Source: Campylobacterales bacterium
Lineage (GTDB): Bacteria > Campylobacterota > Campylobacteria > Campylobacterales > Nautiliaceae
Assembly: GCA_027023105.1 (NCBI GenBank)
Contig: JALVWY010000026.1
Location: 1 to 61,229 of the forward strand
Length of the DNA stretch: 61,229 nucleotides
Direction of reading: 5' to 3'
Below, piece by piece: positions 10,277 to 20,106 of the stretch (positions are counted from its first letter, which is position 1; each line of letters starts with the position of its first letter). The notes below the pieces were generated by a model. The model ran no database searches and was not told the DNA's origin. It saw nothing but the letters and a program-made list of their open reading frames with translations. Both the position numbers and the translations under genes were made by a program.

Positions 10277-10686
10277 TTAAAAATCCTAAACAAAAAAATA
10301 TCAAAAGCATAATTATATAAAGAATAAATAACATCAAAATTAAAATTATGATTTTTGTAAAAAAGGAAAATAAAAAATACAAAATATACAATAAATATTA
10401 AAACAACATCTAAATACTGTTTATCAAAATAAGAATGAATTCTTTTTATTAAAAAAAATCTGAAAAAAAGATAAAAGCCTATCATCAAAAACAAATTATA
10501 TTGATGTAAAACAGAAAATAACACCAAAAAAATAAAGACACTTACAATATCAAAACACAAAAAAAATATTCCAAGCAGTAAAGGGAAATATACAAATGAG
10601 GAATTAAAAAAATTCACTAAACAGATAAAAAAAATTATAAAGATATAATTAATGCTATTTCGTTGCAATTTGGAAAAAATTTGCAT
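10258..10686 (-). CDS. small polytopic membrane protein (possible MreD-like; function unproven)
   Basis: 142-codon open frame in an extremely AT-rich stretch, where stops should be frequent. Very hydrophobic and Phe-rich with 4-5 predicted TM segments. Lies immediately upstream of PBP2 and overlaps it. Confidence 0.5.
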   Translation of the reverse strand: MQIFSKLQRNSINYIFIIFFICLVNFFNSSFVYFPLLLGIFFLCFDIVSVFIFLVLFSVLHQYNLFLMIGFYLFFRFFLIKRIHSYFDKQYLDVVLIFIVYFVFFIFLFYKNHNFNFDVIYSLYNYAFDIFLFRIFKCGIKL

Positions 10687-11090
10687 TTAATACAATCCGC
10701 CCATATTTTTTTATCGGGAACAGCCTCTTTTGCTATAACCCTAAATCCCAGTTTTTCAAAAAATTTTTGTTGATATGTTAAAACCAAAACTTCTTTTAAG
10801 CCAAGCTCTTTTGCCTCCTTGAGTAAAGATAAAACAAGTTTTTTACCGATTCCACGACCGTGATACTCTTTTTTGACACCTAAAGAACGAATTTCACCCA
10901 AAAAAGGAGAAAATATATGCAATGCCCCTACACCCACGGGAACATTTTTTTTATATACTATTTGGTAAGAGCGGATATTAGTTGCTATTTCATCTTCATC
11001 TCTGTTTAAAATAATTCCTTCATCAACAAACGGTTTTACAACTTCTTCTATATCTATTATATTTTTTAAAACAGGCTTAATTATTTTCAT
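10635..11090 (-). CDS. GNAT N-acetyltransferase, short ArgA-like (amino-acid N-acetyltransferase type)
   Basis: Acetyl-CoA motif HGRGIGKKL and a C-terminal cysteine-containing tail (WADCIKCKFFPNC) as in short N-acetylglutamate-synthase-like GNATs. ATG 11090 (MKIIKP) is preferred; the track start is 11111. Confidence 0.75.
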   Translation of the reverse strand: MKIIKPVLKNIIDIEEVVKPFVDEGIILNRDEDEIATNIRSYQIVYKKNVPVGVGALHIFSPFLGEIRSLGVKKEYHGRGIGKKLVLSLLKEAKELGLKEVLVLTYQQKFFEKLGFRVIAKEAVPDKKIWADCIKCKFFPNCNEIALIISL

Positions 11091-11658
11091 ATTCGCCCCA
11101 TAAAATTTCATTTATTTTTCTTTTAACTTCTGCTATTCCTCTTTTTTTTACATTAGAAACAAAAAGGGAATTAGGGTAATCTTTTTTAAGTTTTGCTATT
11201 TCATTTTGTTTTAATTTGTCTATTTTGGTAAAAACAGTCAAAATCTGCTGGTCTTTTTTTAAAAACGATTTTAAATAATTATCCACATTTTCATCTATTT
11301 GCATATTAGGGTGTCTTGCATCTCTTAAATGAATAAAAAGTTTTATATTAAATCTTTTTTTCAAAAATTCATCCAAATTCTTACCCCACTCTTTTTGCAT
11401 GGATTTTGAAACTTTTGCATATCCAAATCCCGGTAAATCAACCAAAATATATCTTTTATCTTTATCTTCAATTTCAAAAAAATTAATAAGTCTCGTTTTA
11501 CCGGGCGTTCCTGATGTTTTTGCTATTTTTTGATTGGTAAAAGCATTTAAAAAACTGCTTTTTCCCACATTACTTCTGCCAAGCAGTGCTACTTCCGTAA
11601 AGTTCGGTTCTATAGCTTCTTTTATACTTGGGGCTGATTTTAAAAATTTGACTTTCAT
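11077..11658 (-). CDS. engB: ribosome biogenesis GTPase YsxC/EngB
   Basis: 193 aa. G1 GRSNVGKSS, G3 DLPGFG, G4 TKID. Confidence 0.92.
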   Translation of the reverse strand: MKVKFLKSAPSIKEAIEPNFTEVALLGRSNVGKSSFLNAFTNQKIAKTSGTPGKTRLINFFEIEDKDKRYILVDLPGFGYAKVSKSMQKEWGKNLDEFLKKRFNIKLFIHLRDARHPNMQIDENVDNYLKSFLKKDQQILTVFTKIDKLKQNEIAKLKKDYPNSLFVSNVKKRGIAEVKRKINEILWGEYENN

Positions 11659-12110
11659 TGATTATTTACCTTTATAATAATATTTATAGGCTTTTTACCT
11701 CCTACTACGCTTATGTCTTTTGTTTTTCTGTTTATTTTTATCTCTTCACCAGATATTAATTCGCCCGTTTGAAGTTTCTTAACCAAAGCGTTTCCAAAAA
11801 GATATATATCCTCATTTTTAAAAAAATAAACCAGTTTTTCACAATGCCCTTTATATGTTGCGTTTTTATCCAAATTTAAAATAAATTTTACATTTTTGGT
11901 TGCTATATATTTTATAGGCTTTTTGTTTTTATTAAAAAAAATAACCATTTTTTCACTTAAAATATTATTTTTATTTTCAGTCGCATTTACATCTCCCGTA
12001 AAAATACCCTGCATTTTCCCGGAATTAAACTTAAACTTCTTACTTGTTATATGCAAATTATTTGCAAAAACAGATGAAAGAAAAAATAAAAAAATTAAAA
12101 TTTTTCTCAT
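11655..12110 (-). CDS. lptA: LPS transport periplasmic protein LptA (OstA-like)
   Basis: 151 aa. Signal peptide followed by OstA-type beta-jellyroll repeats. Sits in the kdsC-lptC-lptA context. Confidence 0.75.
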   Translation of the reverse strand: MRKILIFLFFLSSVFANNLHITSKKFKFNSGKMQGIFTGDVNATENKNNILSEKMVIFFNKNKKPIKYIATKNVKFILNLDKNATYKGHCEKLVYFFKNEDIYLFGNALVKKLQTGELISGEEIKINRKTKDISVVGGKKPINIIIKVNNQ

Positions 12111-12607
12111 TTATTAACCTTTAAATCAAAAATAGTATTATCCGCTATTATATTTTTATTTTTATCTATTAAAAATCTAATCCCTGTTGTGTTAAAATCT
12201 TTCCCTCGTAAAAAAAATTTACTGCCTTTAAATATCTTCGTTTTCAGTGAATAAACAGCTTTTAAAGTATCAAGAATATAACTATTGTTTTGATAATGAA
12301 AAATATCCGCATACACAACCGAATTTTCAAATTTTGCTTTTTTTGCACTGTAATGCTCTTTTTTTATTACATCATTCACAAAAATATTGTTTCCTAAATA
12401 ATATTTTTTATAAATACTTAAAGAATTGAAATACCCTGTTTTTGTCAAATTGTTATCATATGTTCTGAATTTTCCCTTATAGATATCAGCTATGGCTATA
12501 TTTTTCGGAACCTTAATTTTTTTTGCAGGTTTTTGCAAAGAATATTCATATATCGGAAAAAGCATAGCCAATATCAAAAAAATAAAAAAAAGAATTATTT
12601 TACCCAT
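12107..12607 (-). CDS. lptC: LptC-like bitopic periplasmic protein
   Basis: 166 aa. Single N-terminal TM anchor. The call rests mainly on its position between kdsC and lptA and on its size. Confidence 0.55.
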   Translation of the reverse strand: MGKIILFFIFLILAMLFPIYEYSLQKPAKKIKVPKNIAIADIYKGKFRTYDNNLTKTGYFNSLSIYKKYYLGNNIFVNDVIKKEHYSAKKAKFENSVVYADIFHYQNNSYILDTLKAVYSLKTKIFKGSKFFLRGKDFNTTGIRFLIDKNKNIIADNTIFDLKVNK

Positions 12608-13092
12608 AATTCCAAAAATTTCTCATATAAATTTTCTTCTTTTAATAATCTTTCTATCATTTCAGCCACTGCTCCGTCTCCTCCTTTTTTAATCAAAGGA
12701 GTTGATACATAATCATAAATAAAAGCATTTGCGTCAAGAGGGGCAAATGTTTTATTGACCAATTTCATCATAGAATAATCATTCATATCATCGCCTATTA
12801 CAGCCACATTTGAAAAATTTATACCCTCTTTTTCACAAATTTCTTCAAGTTTTTTATTTTTTTCTTTAATACCCTGCTCAACATAAGTAATATTAAGTTC
12901 TTTTGCCCTTCTTTCAACAACAGAAGATATTCTGCCTGTAATAATGGCGCTTTTTTTACCGAGCCTGTTCCATGAAGCTATCATAAGCCCGTCTTTTATA
13001 TTAAAAGCTTTAATCTCTTCATTATTATCCGAGTAATAAATTTTTCCATCCGTCAATGTTCCGTCAACATCTATTACGATAAGTTCTGTCAT
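12595..13092 (-). CDS. kdsC: 3-deoxy-D-manno-octulosonate 8-phosphate phosphatase
   Basis: 165 aa. HAD motif I IDVDGTLTDG and GDDMND; KdsC size. Confidence 0.88.
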   Translation of the reverse strand: MTELIVIDVDGTLTDGKIYYSDNNEEIKAFNIKDGLMIASWNRLGKKSAIITGRISSVVERRAKELNITYVEQGIKEKNKKLEEICEKEGINFSNVAVIGDDMNDYSMMKLVNKTFAPLDANAFIYDYVSTPLIKKGGDGAVAEMIERLLKEENLYEKFLELWVK

Positions 13093-13658
13093 AACACACC
13101 TTTTGTTGAAGGAATACCGCTGTTTGAATATTTTAATGCCCTCTTTAAAGCTACGGCAAAAGATTTAAAAGCACTCTCAACTATATGATGTTTATTGCTT
13201 CCTCTTTTATAAACAATATGAGCTGCAATTTTAAAATTAAATACAAGGGATTTAAAAAACTCTTCCACAAGCTCCAAATCAAAATCCCTTATAGCTCCAT
13301 CAACAGGCATTTCATATACCAAATAAGGTCTACCGCCTATATCCAAATCAACCTCAACTGCCGCTTCATCAAGAATTGCAACAACATTTGAAAATCTTTC
13401 TATATCTTTTATCGGAAACACTTCTTCATACAAAGCAGATCCGATTGCAATTCCCACATCTTCAACACTGTGATGATAATCCACTTCAATATCACCTTCA
13501 CAGTAAACTTGCATAGCTATCCCGCTATGTTTTGCCAAAGCTTCCAACATATGGTCAAAAAAGCCTATTCCCGTTGAAATTTGGGTTTTTATTTTACCTT
13601 CAATATCAACGATTATTTCTATTTTTGTCTCTTTTGTTTCTCTTTTTATTTGTGTCAT
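13089..13658 (-). CDS. hisB: imidazoleglycerol-phosphate dehydratase
   Basis: 189 aa. RETKETKI start, and the DHHHSVED and HHIVESAFK motifs. Confidence 0.95.
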   Translation of the reverse strand: MTQIKRETKETKIEIIVDIEGKIKTQISTGIGFFDHMLEALAKHSGIAMQVYCEGDIEVDYHHSVEDVGIAIGSALYEEVFPIKDIERFSNVVAILDEAAVEVDLDIGGRPYLVYEMPVDGAIRDFDLELVEEFFKSLVFNFKIAAHIVYKRGSNKHHIVESAFKSFAVALKRALKYSNSGIPSTKGVL

Positions 13659-14345
13659 TTAATCTCCTACTACAAATCCGGCTATATTGTGTTCAATCTC
13701 AAATCTTTTTGCTTCGTTATATGTTTTAAAGCCTGTAAGGAAAACTTTATAAAATCCGTCTATTTTTGCTATTTCCGTATTATAACCAAATTTTTTATAT
13801 TTTCCAGCGGTTTTTTCAGCCCCTAGTTTTCTCAAAAACGCCCCTATTTGGATTTTATATCCGCTTACATAATCTTTACCTTCAAATTTTATAACCTGAA
13901 GTTTAACAGGAGCCGTTCCGGTTATATTAAGTCCTATTTTTTTACCTGCGGCATAACTCAAATCAATAATCCTGTTAGCAACAAAAGGTCCTCTGTCGTT
14001 AATTCTAACCACTACACTTTTATTATTTCTTAAATTCGTTACTCTTACAATAGTATTCATAGGTAAAGTTTTATGGGCTGCAGTCATGGCATACATATTA
14101 TATATCTCACCGTTACTTGTCTTTTGCCCGTTAAAATTCGGTCCATACCAGCTGGCAATTCCTTTTTGTGTATATCCAAGCGGAATTCTTTTTAAAGGAT
14201 AATAAACTTCCCCGTTTACCACATAAGGTTTTTGGGTTCCTTTTTTATTTGGAGATGGCAAAACATAACTGTGATATGTTTCATATCTGCTGGTGCATCC
14301 TGTAATATAGAATATTATCCATAAAAAAAAGAGAAATTTTTTCAT
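13659..14345 (-). CDS. rlpA: septal ring lytic transglycosylase RlpA (lipoprotein, DPBB + SPOR domains)
   Basis: 228 aa. Lipobox ITGC, double-psi beta-barrel segment (GIASWYG...VRVTNL...VVVRINDRGPF), and a C-terminal SPOR-like domain. Confidence 0.88.
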   Translation of the reverse strand: MKKFLFFLWIIFYITGCTSRYETYHSYVLPSPNKKGTQKPYVVNGEVYYPLKRIPLGYTQKGIASWYGPNFNGQKTSNGEIYNMYAMTAAHKTLPMNTIVRVTNLRNNKSVVVRINDRGPFVANRIIDLSYAAGKKIGLNITGTAPVKLQVIKFEGKDYVSGYKIQIGAFLRKLGAEKTAGKYKKFGYNTEIAKIDGFYKVFLTGFKTYNEAKRFEIEHNIAGFVVGD

Positions 14346-15677
14346 TTAAAACCTTTGCGGGATTTTAAGCAACTGCCCTACTTTTATAAAAGAACTTTTT
14401 AAATTATTAAAAGCCATTATTTTTTTATAAGAGATACCGAATTTCCTTGCGATAACCCCTAAACTGTCCCCGTTTTTAACTCTATAGTTTATGACTTTTG
14501 AATTTAAAGGTATAAAAAGTTTTTGACCTATATGTAAAAATCTGCCAAGTCTGTTATAGGCTGTCAAAATTTTTACTTTTACTCCGAACCTGTTTGCAAT
14601 TTCTCTTAAAGTATCCCCTTTTTTAATTCTGTAAATATAAACATATTTTCTGTTTTTCGGATTAAATGCCATTTTAAAATATTCATACCTGTTAGCCGGA
14701 ATATAAATATAATATCTATAAGGAGGTGTAAAAGAGTATTTTAACTGGGCGTTATATCTTCTTAGTGTGCCGTATTTTATATTCAAAAGCCTTGAGACAT
14801 AATATAAAGATGTCCCCGCAGGAACAAAAACTCTTACAAATATGGATTTCCCTTTCATTAATTGTTTGTTTGTAAAATTCATTAAATCCATATCGGCAAA
14901 TAAAAAACTGATGCTTAAAACTTTTAGAATATAATCTCTTGTTTCATTTGGCAGATATTGACTTTTTAAACCTTTTTGATATCTCATCAGATTATTCAAA
15001 TCAATTTTTACATTTTTCAGTTTTTTATATAAGCTGTAAAGTTTATAATAATCTCTTGCACCATGAAGTTGATACTCTCTTACAATTTTTCTGTATTTTC
15101 TCATTTTTGAAGAATATTTTAATTTCGGATTCAATCTGCAAAGTTTATCAAGTTTCGCTCTTACCACACCTTCTATTACTCTTGCTTCTCCGGCATTATA
15201 AGCCATAATTGCCAAATACCATTTACCAAGATAACCGTGAAGATATTTAAGATACTCTATTGCCGCATGTGTGGATTTAAGGGCGTCTCTTCTTTCATCA
15301 ACATAATCATTTATCCTAAGACCAAATCTTTTTGCCGTAGCCGGCATAAACTGCCAAAGTCCAACAGCACTTACATCGGACCTTGCCTTTGTATTAAGAT
15401 AACTCTCTGCCATTGCCACGGAAAACATCTCTTTTGGTAAAAAAGAAGATTTTATTTCGCTTTTTAAAATCGGAATATACTCAAACCCGTTTTGCAAGGA
15501 ATTTATCAAATATCTTTTTTCATATCTTTTATAATATCTATATTTTTCTTTTAACAAAGGATTATTTATAAAATTACTTTCTATATTAAGAGAATTTAAT
15601 ATTTGAGTATCTTTATCTACAAAAACATTGGCAAATAAAAAATTAATCATCCCTATAAAAATTAAAATTTTTTTCAT
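14346..15677 (-). CDS. membrane-bound lytic murein transglycosylase (MltD-like, SLT domain + 2 LysM)
   Basis: 443 aa. Signal peptide, SLT catalytic region AESYLN...GLWQFMPATA...AYNAG, and two C-terminal LysM repeats (YRIKKGDTL, YRVKNGDSL). Confidence 0.85.
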   Translation of the reverse strand: MKKILIFIGMINFLFANVFVDKDTQILNSLNIESNFINNPLLKEKYRYYKRYEKRYLINSLQNGFEYIPILKSEIKSSFLPKEMFSVAMAESYLNTKARSDVSAVGLWQFMPATAKRFGLRINDYVDERRDALKSTHAAIEYLKYLHGYLGKWYLAIMAYNAGEARVIEGVVRAKLDKLCRLNPKLKYSSKMRKYRKIVREYQLHGARDYYKLYSLYKKLKNVKIDLNNLMRYQKGLKSQYLPNETRDYILKVLSISFLFADMDLMNFTNKQLMKGKSIFVRVFVPAGTSLYYVSRLLNIKYGTLRRYNAQLKYSFTPPYRYYIYIPANRYEYFKMAFNPKNRKYVYIYRIKKGDTLREIANRFGVKVKILTAYNRLGRFLHIGQKLFIPLNSKVINYRVKNGDSLGVIARKFGISYKKIMAFNNLKSSFIKVGQLLKIPQRF

Positions 15678-16423
15678 ATTCCAAAAAGCCTTTTTGCATT
15701 TTTTGTCGTAATATTTTCAACTTCTTTTTTATCAACACCCCAAAGCTCGGAAATCTTATCTCTGACAATCGTTGTATAAAACGGCTCGTTTCTTTGCCCT
15801 CTAAAAGGATGAGCCGTAAGATACGGCGCGTCTGTTTCTATAATTACTCTGTTTTTAGGAATTTTCGGAAAAACATTTATCAATTTTTTAGCATTTTTAA
15901 ATGTAATAACTCCGCCTATTCCGTAATAAAAATTTTCACTAAACTCAAGTAATTGCTCAGAGGCATTAAAACAGTGAAAAACACCTTTTATATTTTCAAA
16001 CGATTTAATTATATCATAACTGTCTTGTGTAGCCTCTCTTACATGAATAATAATCGGCTTATTATACTCTTTTGCAATATTAATCTGTCTGATAAAAAAC
16101 TCCTTTTGTTTTTTTCTATCGGATTCCTCTTTTACCCAGTGATAATCAAGTCCTATTTCTCCAACAGCCACACATTTAGGATGAGTTATAAAATCAAGCA
16201 AAATTTTGTCTTCATATTTATCTATTTCTGTAGGATGAACACCTACTGCAAAAAATATTTCATCATATTGTTCACTTAAACTAACGGCTCTTGGTAAATC
16301 TTTAGGATCGGCTGCAGGAATAATAAATTCTTTTACTCCGGCTTCTTTTGCCCTTTTAATAACTTCATCAACATCTTCACTAAATTTTTCATTATCCAAA
16401 TGTGTATGAGTGTCAATAATCAA
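15674..16423 (-). CDS. tatD: TatD-family metal-dependent hydrolase/DNase
   Basis: 249 aa. TTG start, IDTHTHLD, EIGLDYH and ETDAPYL motifs. Confidence 0.9.
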   Translation of the reverse strand: MIIDTHTHLDNEKFSEDVDEVIKRAKEAGVKEFIIPAADPKDLPRAVSLSEQYDEIFFAVGVHPTEIDKYEDKILLDFITHPKCVAVGEIGLDYHWVKEESDRKKQKEFFIRQINIAKEYNKPIIIHVREATQDSYDIIKSFENIKGVFHCFNASEQLLEFSENFYYGIGGVITFKNAKKLINVFPKIPKNRVIIETDAPYLTAHPFRGQRNEPFYTTIVRDKISELWGVDKKEVENITTKNAKRLFGI

Positions 16424-16444
16424 TATTAAGCCTTTTTTTTAAGA

Positions 16445-16453
16445 ATTTTACCA
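16445..16453 (-). promoter_or_regulatory. extended -10 TGGTAAAAT upstream of the tatD-to-PBP2 gene string
   Basis: Minus strand reads aaataTGgTAAAATtcttaaaaaaaaaggcttaataTTG. The -10 ends about 21 nt before the TTG start. Confidence 0.35.
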
Positions 16454-16527
16454 TATTTTAAAATTACTTTTTGTAACACTTTTATTTAATAAGCTCTGTT
16501 TATTGTAAATTTTTGTAACTTTTTGAA

Positions 16528-16533
16528 TATAAT
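16528..16533 (+). promoter_or_regulatory. -10 box TATAAT upstream of the malic enzyme gene
   Basis: tttTGaaTATAATaaacaaaaaactatAAGGAGacgaaATG. TTGTAA lies 19 nt upstream as a weak -35. Confidence 0.35.
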
Positions 16534-16558
16534 AAACAAAAAACTATAAGGAGACGAA

Positions 16559-17872
16559 ATGTCAAAACAAACTTTTACAAAAGAAGAAGCATTAGAATAT
16601 CACGCAAAACCGGTCCCCGGGAAAACGGCTATTGAAGTTACAAAACCTGTTAGAGATTCAAGAGACCTTTCAATAGCATATTCTCCGGGTGTTGCAATTC
16701 CTTGTCTTGAAATAGAAAAGGATGAAAGTTTGGCTTATGAATACACAAATAAAGCTAACTTAGTAGCGGTTGTAAGTGATTCTACAGCAGTTTTAGGACT
16801 TGGAACACTTAAACCGGTTGCAGGAAAACCTGTAATGGAAGGAAAATCTGTATTATTTAAAAAATTTGCTTTTATTGATGCATTTGATATTGAGCTTAAT
16901 GTTCACGAAATTGATGAAATTGTAAGCGTAGTAAAAGCTATTTCTCCAACTTTTGGCGGAATCAACCTTGAAGATATCAAAGCTCCGAAATGTTTTGATA
17001 TAGAAAAGCTTTCTCAAGCCGAATGTGATATTCCTGTTTTCCACGACGACCAACACGGAACTGCTATTCTTTCAGCTGCAGCGATTATCAACGGATGCAA
17101 AATAGCGGGTAAAAAACTTGATGAAATAAAAGTTGTTGTTGTAGGAGCTGGTGCAGCAGGAATTGCAGCAGCAGAAATGTATAAAGCTTTAGGAATTAAA
17201 AATATCATAATGACAGATTCAAAAGGTGCAATTACAACAAAAAGAACAGATTTAAATAAATACAAACAACCTTGGGCTGTTGATGAAGATATTGAAACAC
17301 TTGCTGATGCATTAAAAGGAGCCGATGCCGTAATCGGTAACTCTGTTGCAAACTGTATCACTCAAGATATGGTTAAAACACTGGCACCTGATGCAATGCT
17401 TTTTGTTATGGCAAATCCTGACCCGGAAATTAAACCTGAACTTGCTTGGGAAGTTAGACCGGACTTAATGATTGGAACAGGAAGAAGCGATTATCCAAAT
17501 CAAATAAATAATGTTTTAGGATTCCCGTTTATCTTTAGAGGTGCACTTGATACACACGCAAAAGCCGTAAATATGGAAATGAAAGTCGCAGCTTGTTATG
17601 CGCTTGCTGAACTTGCTGAAAAACCGGTTCCTCAATATGTAAAAGATGCTTACAACGGAGCGGATTTAAAATTCGGAAAAGAATATATCTTACCAAAACC
17701 GTTTGACAGAAGAGTATTTGTTGATGAATCAGTAGCAGTTGCAAGAGCTGCCATTGAGAGCGGTGTTGCAAGAATTAAAGTTGATGATGTTGATAAATGG
17801 GTTGAAGGATACAAACAACATCTAATCAAAATGCTTAAAGAAAAAGAAGGCATAGATTACGACGCAAAATAA
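16559..17872 (+). CDS. NAD(P)-dependent malic enzyme (short form, no phosphotransacetylase domain)
   Basis: 437 aa. Malic-enzyme N-terminal region ([18 protein letters not shown]), FHDDQHGTA, and Rossmann VVVGAGAAG. Strong AAGGAG RBS. Confidence 0.9.
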   Translation: MSKQTFTKEEALEYHAKPVPGKTAIEVTKPVRDSRDLSIAYSPGVAIPCLEIEKDESLAYEYTNKANLVAVVSDSTAVLGLGTLKPVAGKPVMEGKSVLFKKFAFIDAFDIELNVHEIDEIVSVVKAISPTFGGINLEDIKAPKCFDIEKLSQAECDIPVFHDDQHGTAILSAAAIINGCKIAGKKLDEIKVVVVGAGAAGIAAAEMYKALGIKNIIMTDSKGAITTKRTDLNKYKQPWAVDEDIETLADALKGADAVIGNSVANCITQDMVKTLAPDAMLFVMANPDPEIKPELAWEVRPDLMIGTGRSDYPNQINNVLGFPFIFRGALDTHAKAVNMEMKVAACYALAELAEKPVPQYVKDAYNGADLKFGKEYILPKPFDRRVFVDESVAVARAAIESGVARIKVDDVDKWVEGYKQHLIKMLKEKEGIDYDAK

Positions 17873-17909
17873 TCTTCTTTTTTTTCTATTTTTCTACAAA
17901 AGGTAAATC

Positions 17910-18428
17910 ATGCTAAAAATCGGTATTGTTACAATGAGCGACAGAGCAAGCGAAGGTATTTATGAAGATAAAAGTGGAAAAGAAATTGAAAAATTTCTAA
18001 AAGAAAACATCATTAATGAATTTGAGACAATTTACAGATTAATTCCTGATGATTATGAAAAAATAATAGATACTTTAAATGAACTTGTAAATCTGAAATG
18101 CTCACTAATTCTTACAACAGGCGGCACAGGACCTGCAAAAAGAGATGTGACCCCTGAAGCCACAAAAAAAGTAATAGAAAAAGAACTCCCGGGATTTGGA
18201 GAGCTTATGAGAATGCATAGTCTAAAATATGTCCCGACTTCCATACTTGCCAGAGGAATTGCCGGAGTTGTTAAAAATTCATTTATTTTAAATCTGCCGG
18301 GGAGTCCAAAAGCTATTAAAGAAAATCTTGAAGCAGTATGGGCTGCAATTCCGTATGCGATTGATTTAATAGATGGTGATTATATCAAGAGTCCTAGTGC
18401 ATTTAGACCAAAGAAGAAATCAAAGTAA
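17910..18428 (+). CDS. mogA: molybdopterin adenylyltransferase MogA
   Basis: 172 aa. MoCF-biosynthesis domain with TTGGTGPAKRDVTPEAT. Confidence 0.85.
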   Translation: MLKIGIVTMSDRASEGIYEDKSGKEIEKFLKENIINEFETIYRLIPDDYEKIIDTLNELVNLKCSLILTTGGTGPAKRDVTPEATKKVIEKELPGFGELMRMHSLKYVPTSILARGIAGVVKNSFILNLPGSPKAIKENLEAVWAAIPYAIDLIDGDYIKSPSAFRPKKKSK

Positions 18429-18755
18429 AGCTTCAATTTTATTTTCAAGTTCTCTTATTCTTCTTTTTAATTGCTCATTTTCAACTCTAAGTTGAGAATT
18501 TCTACTTTTTATTGCTTTTAAATCAGCTTTAAGTTTCCTAACTTCTTCATCCAAAAGCCCCATATTACCTAAAGAGCGTTGAAGCTGAATTTGATATTTT
18601 TTTATCAGGATTTCAGCTTCTTTCAATGCATCTTTGAGTTGATTTCTTTCGGCTACCGTTTTATCATGCAAATGTTTATAATAAAACATTTTAAATATTA
18701 AAACTAAAATAACAATAATTACGATTGTAAGAAAAATCCAATTAAAAATTATCAA
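18420..18755 (-). CDS. bitopic membrane protein with long coiled coil (FtsB/DivIC-like architecture; function unknown)
   Basis: 111 aa. One N-terminal TM helix (WIFLTIVIIVILVLIF) followed by heptad-rich coiled coil (LKADLKAIKSRNSQLRVENEQLKRRIRELENKIEAL). Overlaps the rpiB stop by 14 nt. Confidence 0.5.
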   Translation of the reverse strand: MIIFNWIFLTIVIIVILVLIFKMFYYKHLHDKTVAERNQLKDALKEAEILIKKYQIQLQRSLGNMGLLDEEVRKLKADLKAIKSRNSQLRVENEQLKRRIRELENKIEALL

Positions 18756-19173
18756 TCTTTTTTACCCTTCTTTCGTGTCTTCCACCTTCAAATTCGTGTG
18801 TAAGCCATGCTTCAAGAATAGATTCAATAACACCTACCCCCACAACTCTTTCTCCAAAACATAAAATATTTGCATCATTATGTCTTCTTGCCATTTCGGC
18901 AGTATAAGCATCATGACAAAGAGCAGCTCTTATACCTTTATGTTTATTTGCCGCTAAACTCATTCCTATTCCGCTGCCGCAAATTAAAATCCCTTTAGTT
19001 CCTTCATTTGCCAATACAGCCTCGGCAACTTTATGAGCAAAATCTGGATAATCAACACTTTCAGATGAATATGTTCCCAAATCTTCTACTTCAATACCTT
19101 TTTTTTGTAAATATTCAATTACAAAAGGTTTTACAGCAAACCCTGCGTGGTCGGTTCCGATAAAATATTTCAT
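18742..19173 (-). CDS. rpiB: ribose 5-phosphate isomerase B
   Basis: 143 aa. GTDHAGF and ICGSGIGMS motifs. Confidence 0.93.
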   Translation of the reverse strand: MKYFIGTDHAGFAVKPFVIEYLQKKGIEVEDLGTYSSESVDYPDFAHKVAEAVLANEGTKGILICGSGIGMSLAANKHKGIRAALCHDAYTAEMARRHNDANILCFGERVVGVGVIESILEAWLTHEFEGGRHERRVKKIDNF

Positions 19174-19248
19174 ATTTATCCTTTTTTAAGAAATTATAAC
19201 AAAAATTAGTTTTTAAATTAGCTATAATAAGCATAAAAAAGGCTAATT

Positions 19249-20028
19249 ATGAAACTTGGAGTAAATATAGACCATATAGCAACTCTTAGAAATGCAAGAA
19301 AAATAAACGAACCAAATCCCCTAATGGCTCTTGAAATTTTAAAACAAGCAGGTGCCGAGCAGGTAACAATTCATTTAAGGGAAGACAGAAGGCATATGAA
19401 TGATTTTGATGCCGAAAATATTATAAAAAACAGCTTTTTGCCTGTAAATATGGAGTGTTCTGTAAATGAAGAAATAATTGATATTATCTGCTCTCTTAAA
19501 CCGCACCGTGCAACACTTGTTCCGGAAAAAAGAGAAGAAGTTACCACAGAAGGCGGACTTGACACAATCAAAAACGAAAAAAGAATCAAAAATGCAATAG
19601 AAAAACTGCATAAAAACGATATTGAAGCATCTCTTTTTATTGACCCGGATTTTGAACAGATTAAAAAATCAAAAGAACTAAATGCCGAAATGATAGAACT
19701 TCACACAGGAAAATTTGCAAATATATTTTTGGCTCTAAATTCAAATATAAATCAAACACCTTTTAAACTTTATGAAAATATAGACAAAAAAACACTTAAA
19801 AAAGAGCTTGAAATAGAATTAAATCTTTTAAAAGACGCTTCAAAACTGGCAAAAGATTTAGAGCTTGAAATTGCGGCAGGACACGGACTTAATTACCAAA
19901 ATGTAGAAGAAATTTTAAAAATAAAAGAGATAACGGAACTTAACATAGGTCATTCAATTATAGCAAATGCCCTTTTTACAGGACTTTTTGAAGCGGTAAA
20001 AAAAATGAAAAAGATAATAAATGGATAA
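19249..20028 (+). CDS. pdxJ: pyridoxine 5'-phosphate synthase
   Basis: 259 aa. LGVNIDHIATLRNAR, HLREDRRH and AGHGLNY motifs. Confidence 0.95.
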   Translation: MKLGVNIDHIATLRNARKINEPNPLMALEILKQAGAEQVTIHLREDRRHMNDFDAENIIKNSFLPVNMECSVNEEIIDIICSLKPHRATLVPEKREEVTTEGGLDTIKNEKRIKNAIEKLHKNDIEASLFIDPDFEQIKKSKELNAEMIELHTGKFANIFLALNSNINQTPFKLYENIDKKTLKKELEIELNLLKDASKLAKDLELEIAAGHGLNYQNVEEILKIKEITELNIGHSIIANALFTGLFEAVKKMKKIING

Positions 20029-20106
20029 TATATTTCAAATAATATTAGCTTTATTTGCTTTTATTTTATTTGACCCTGTTTTAAGCCGTAAAATAAGCGA
20101 ATGGTT

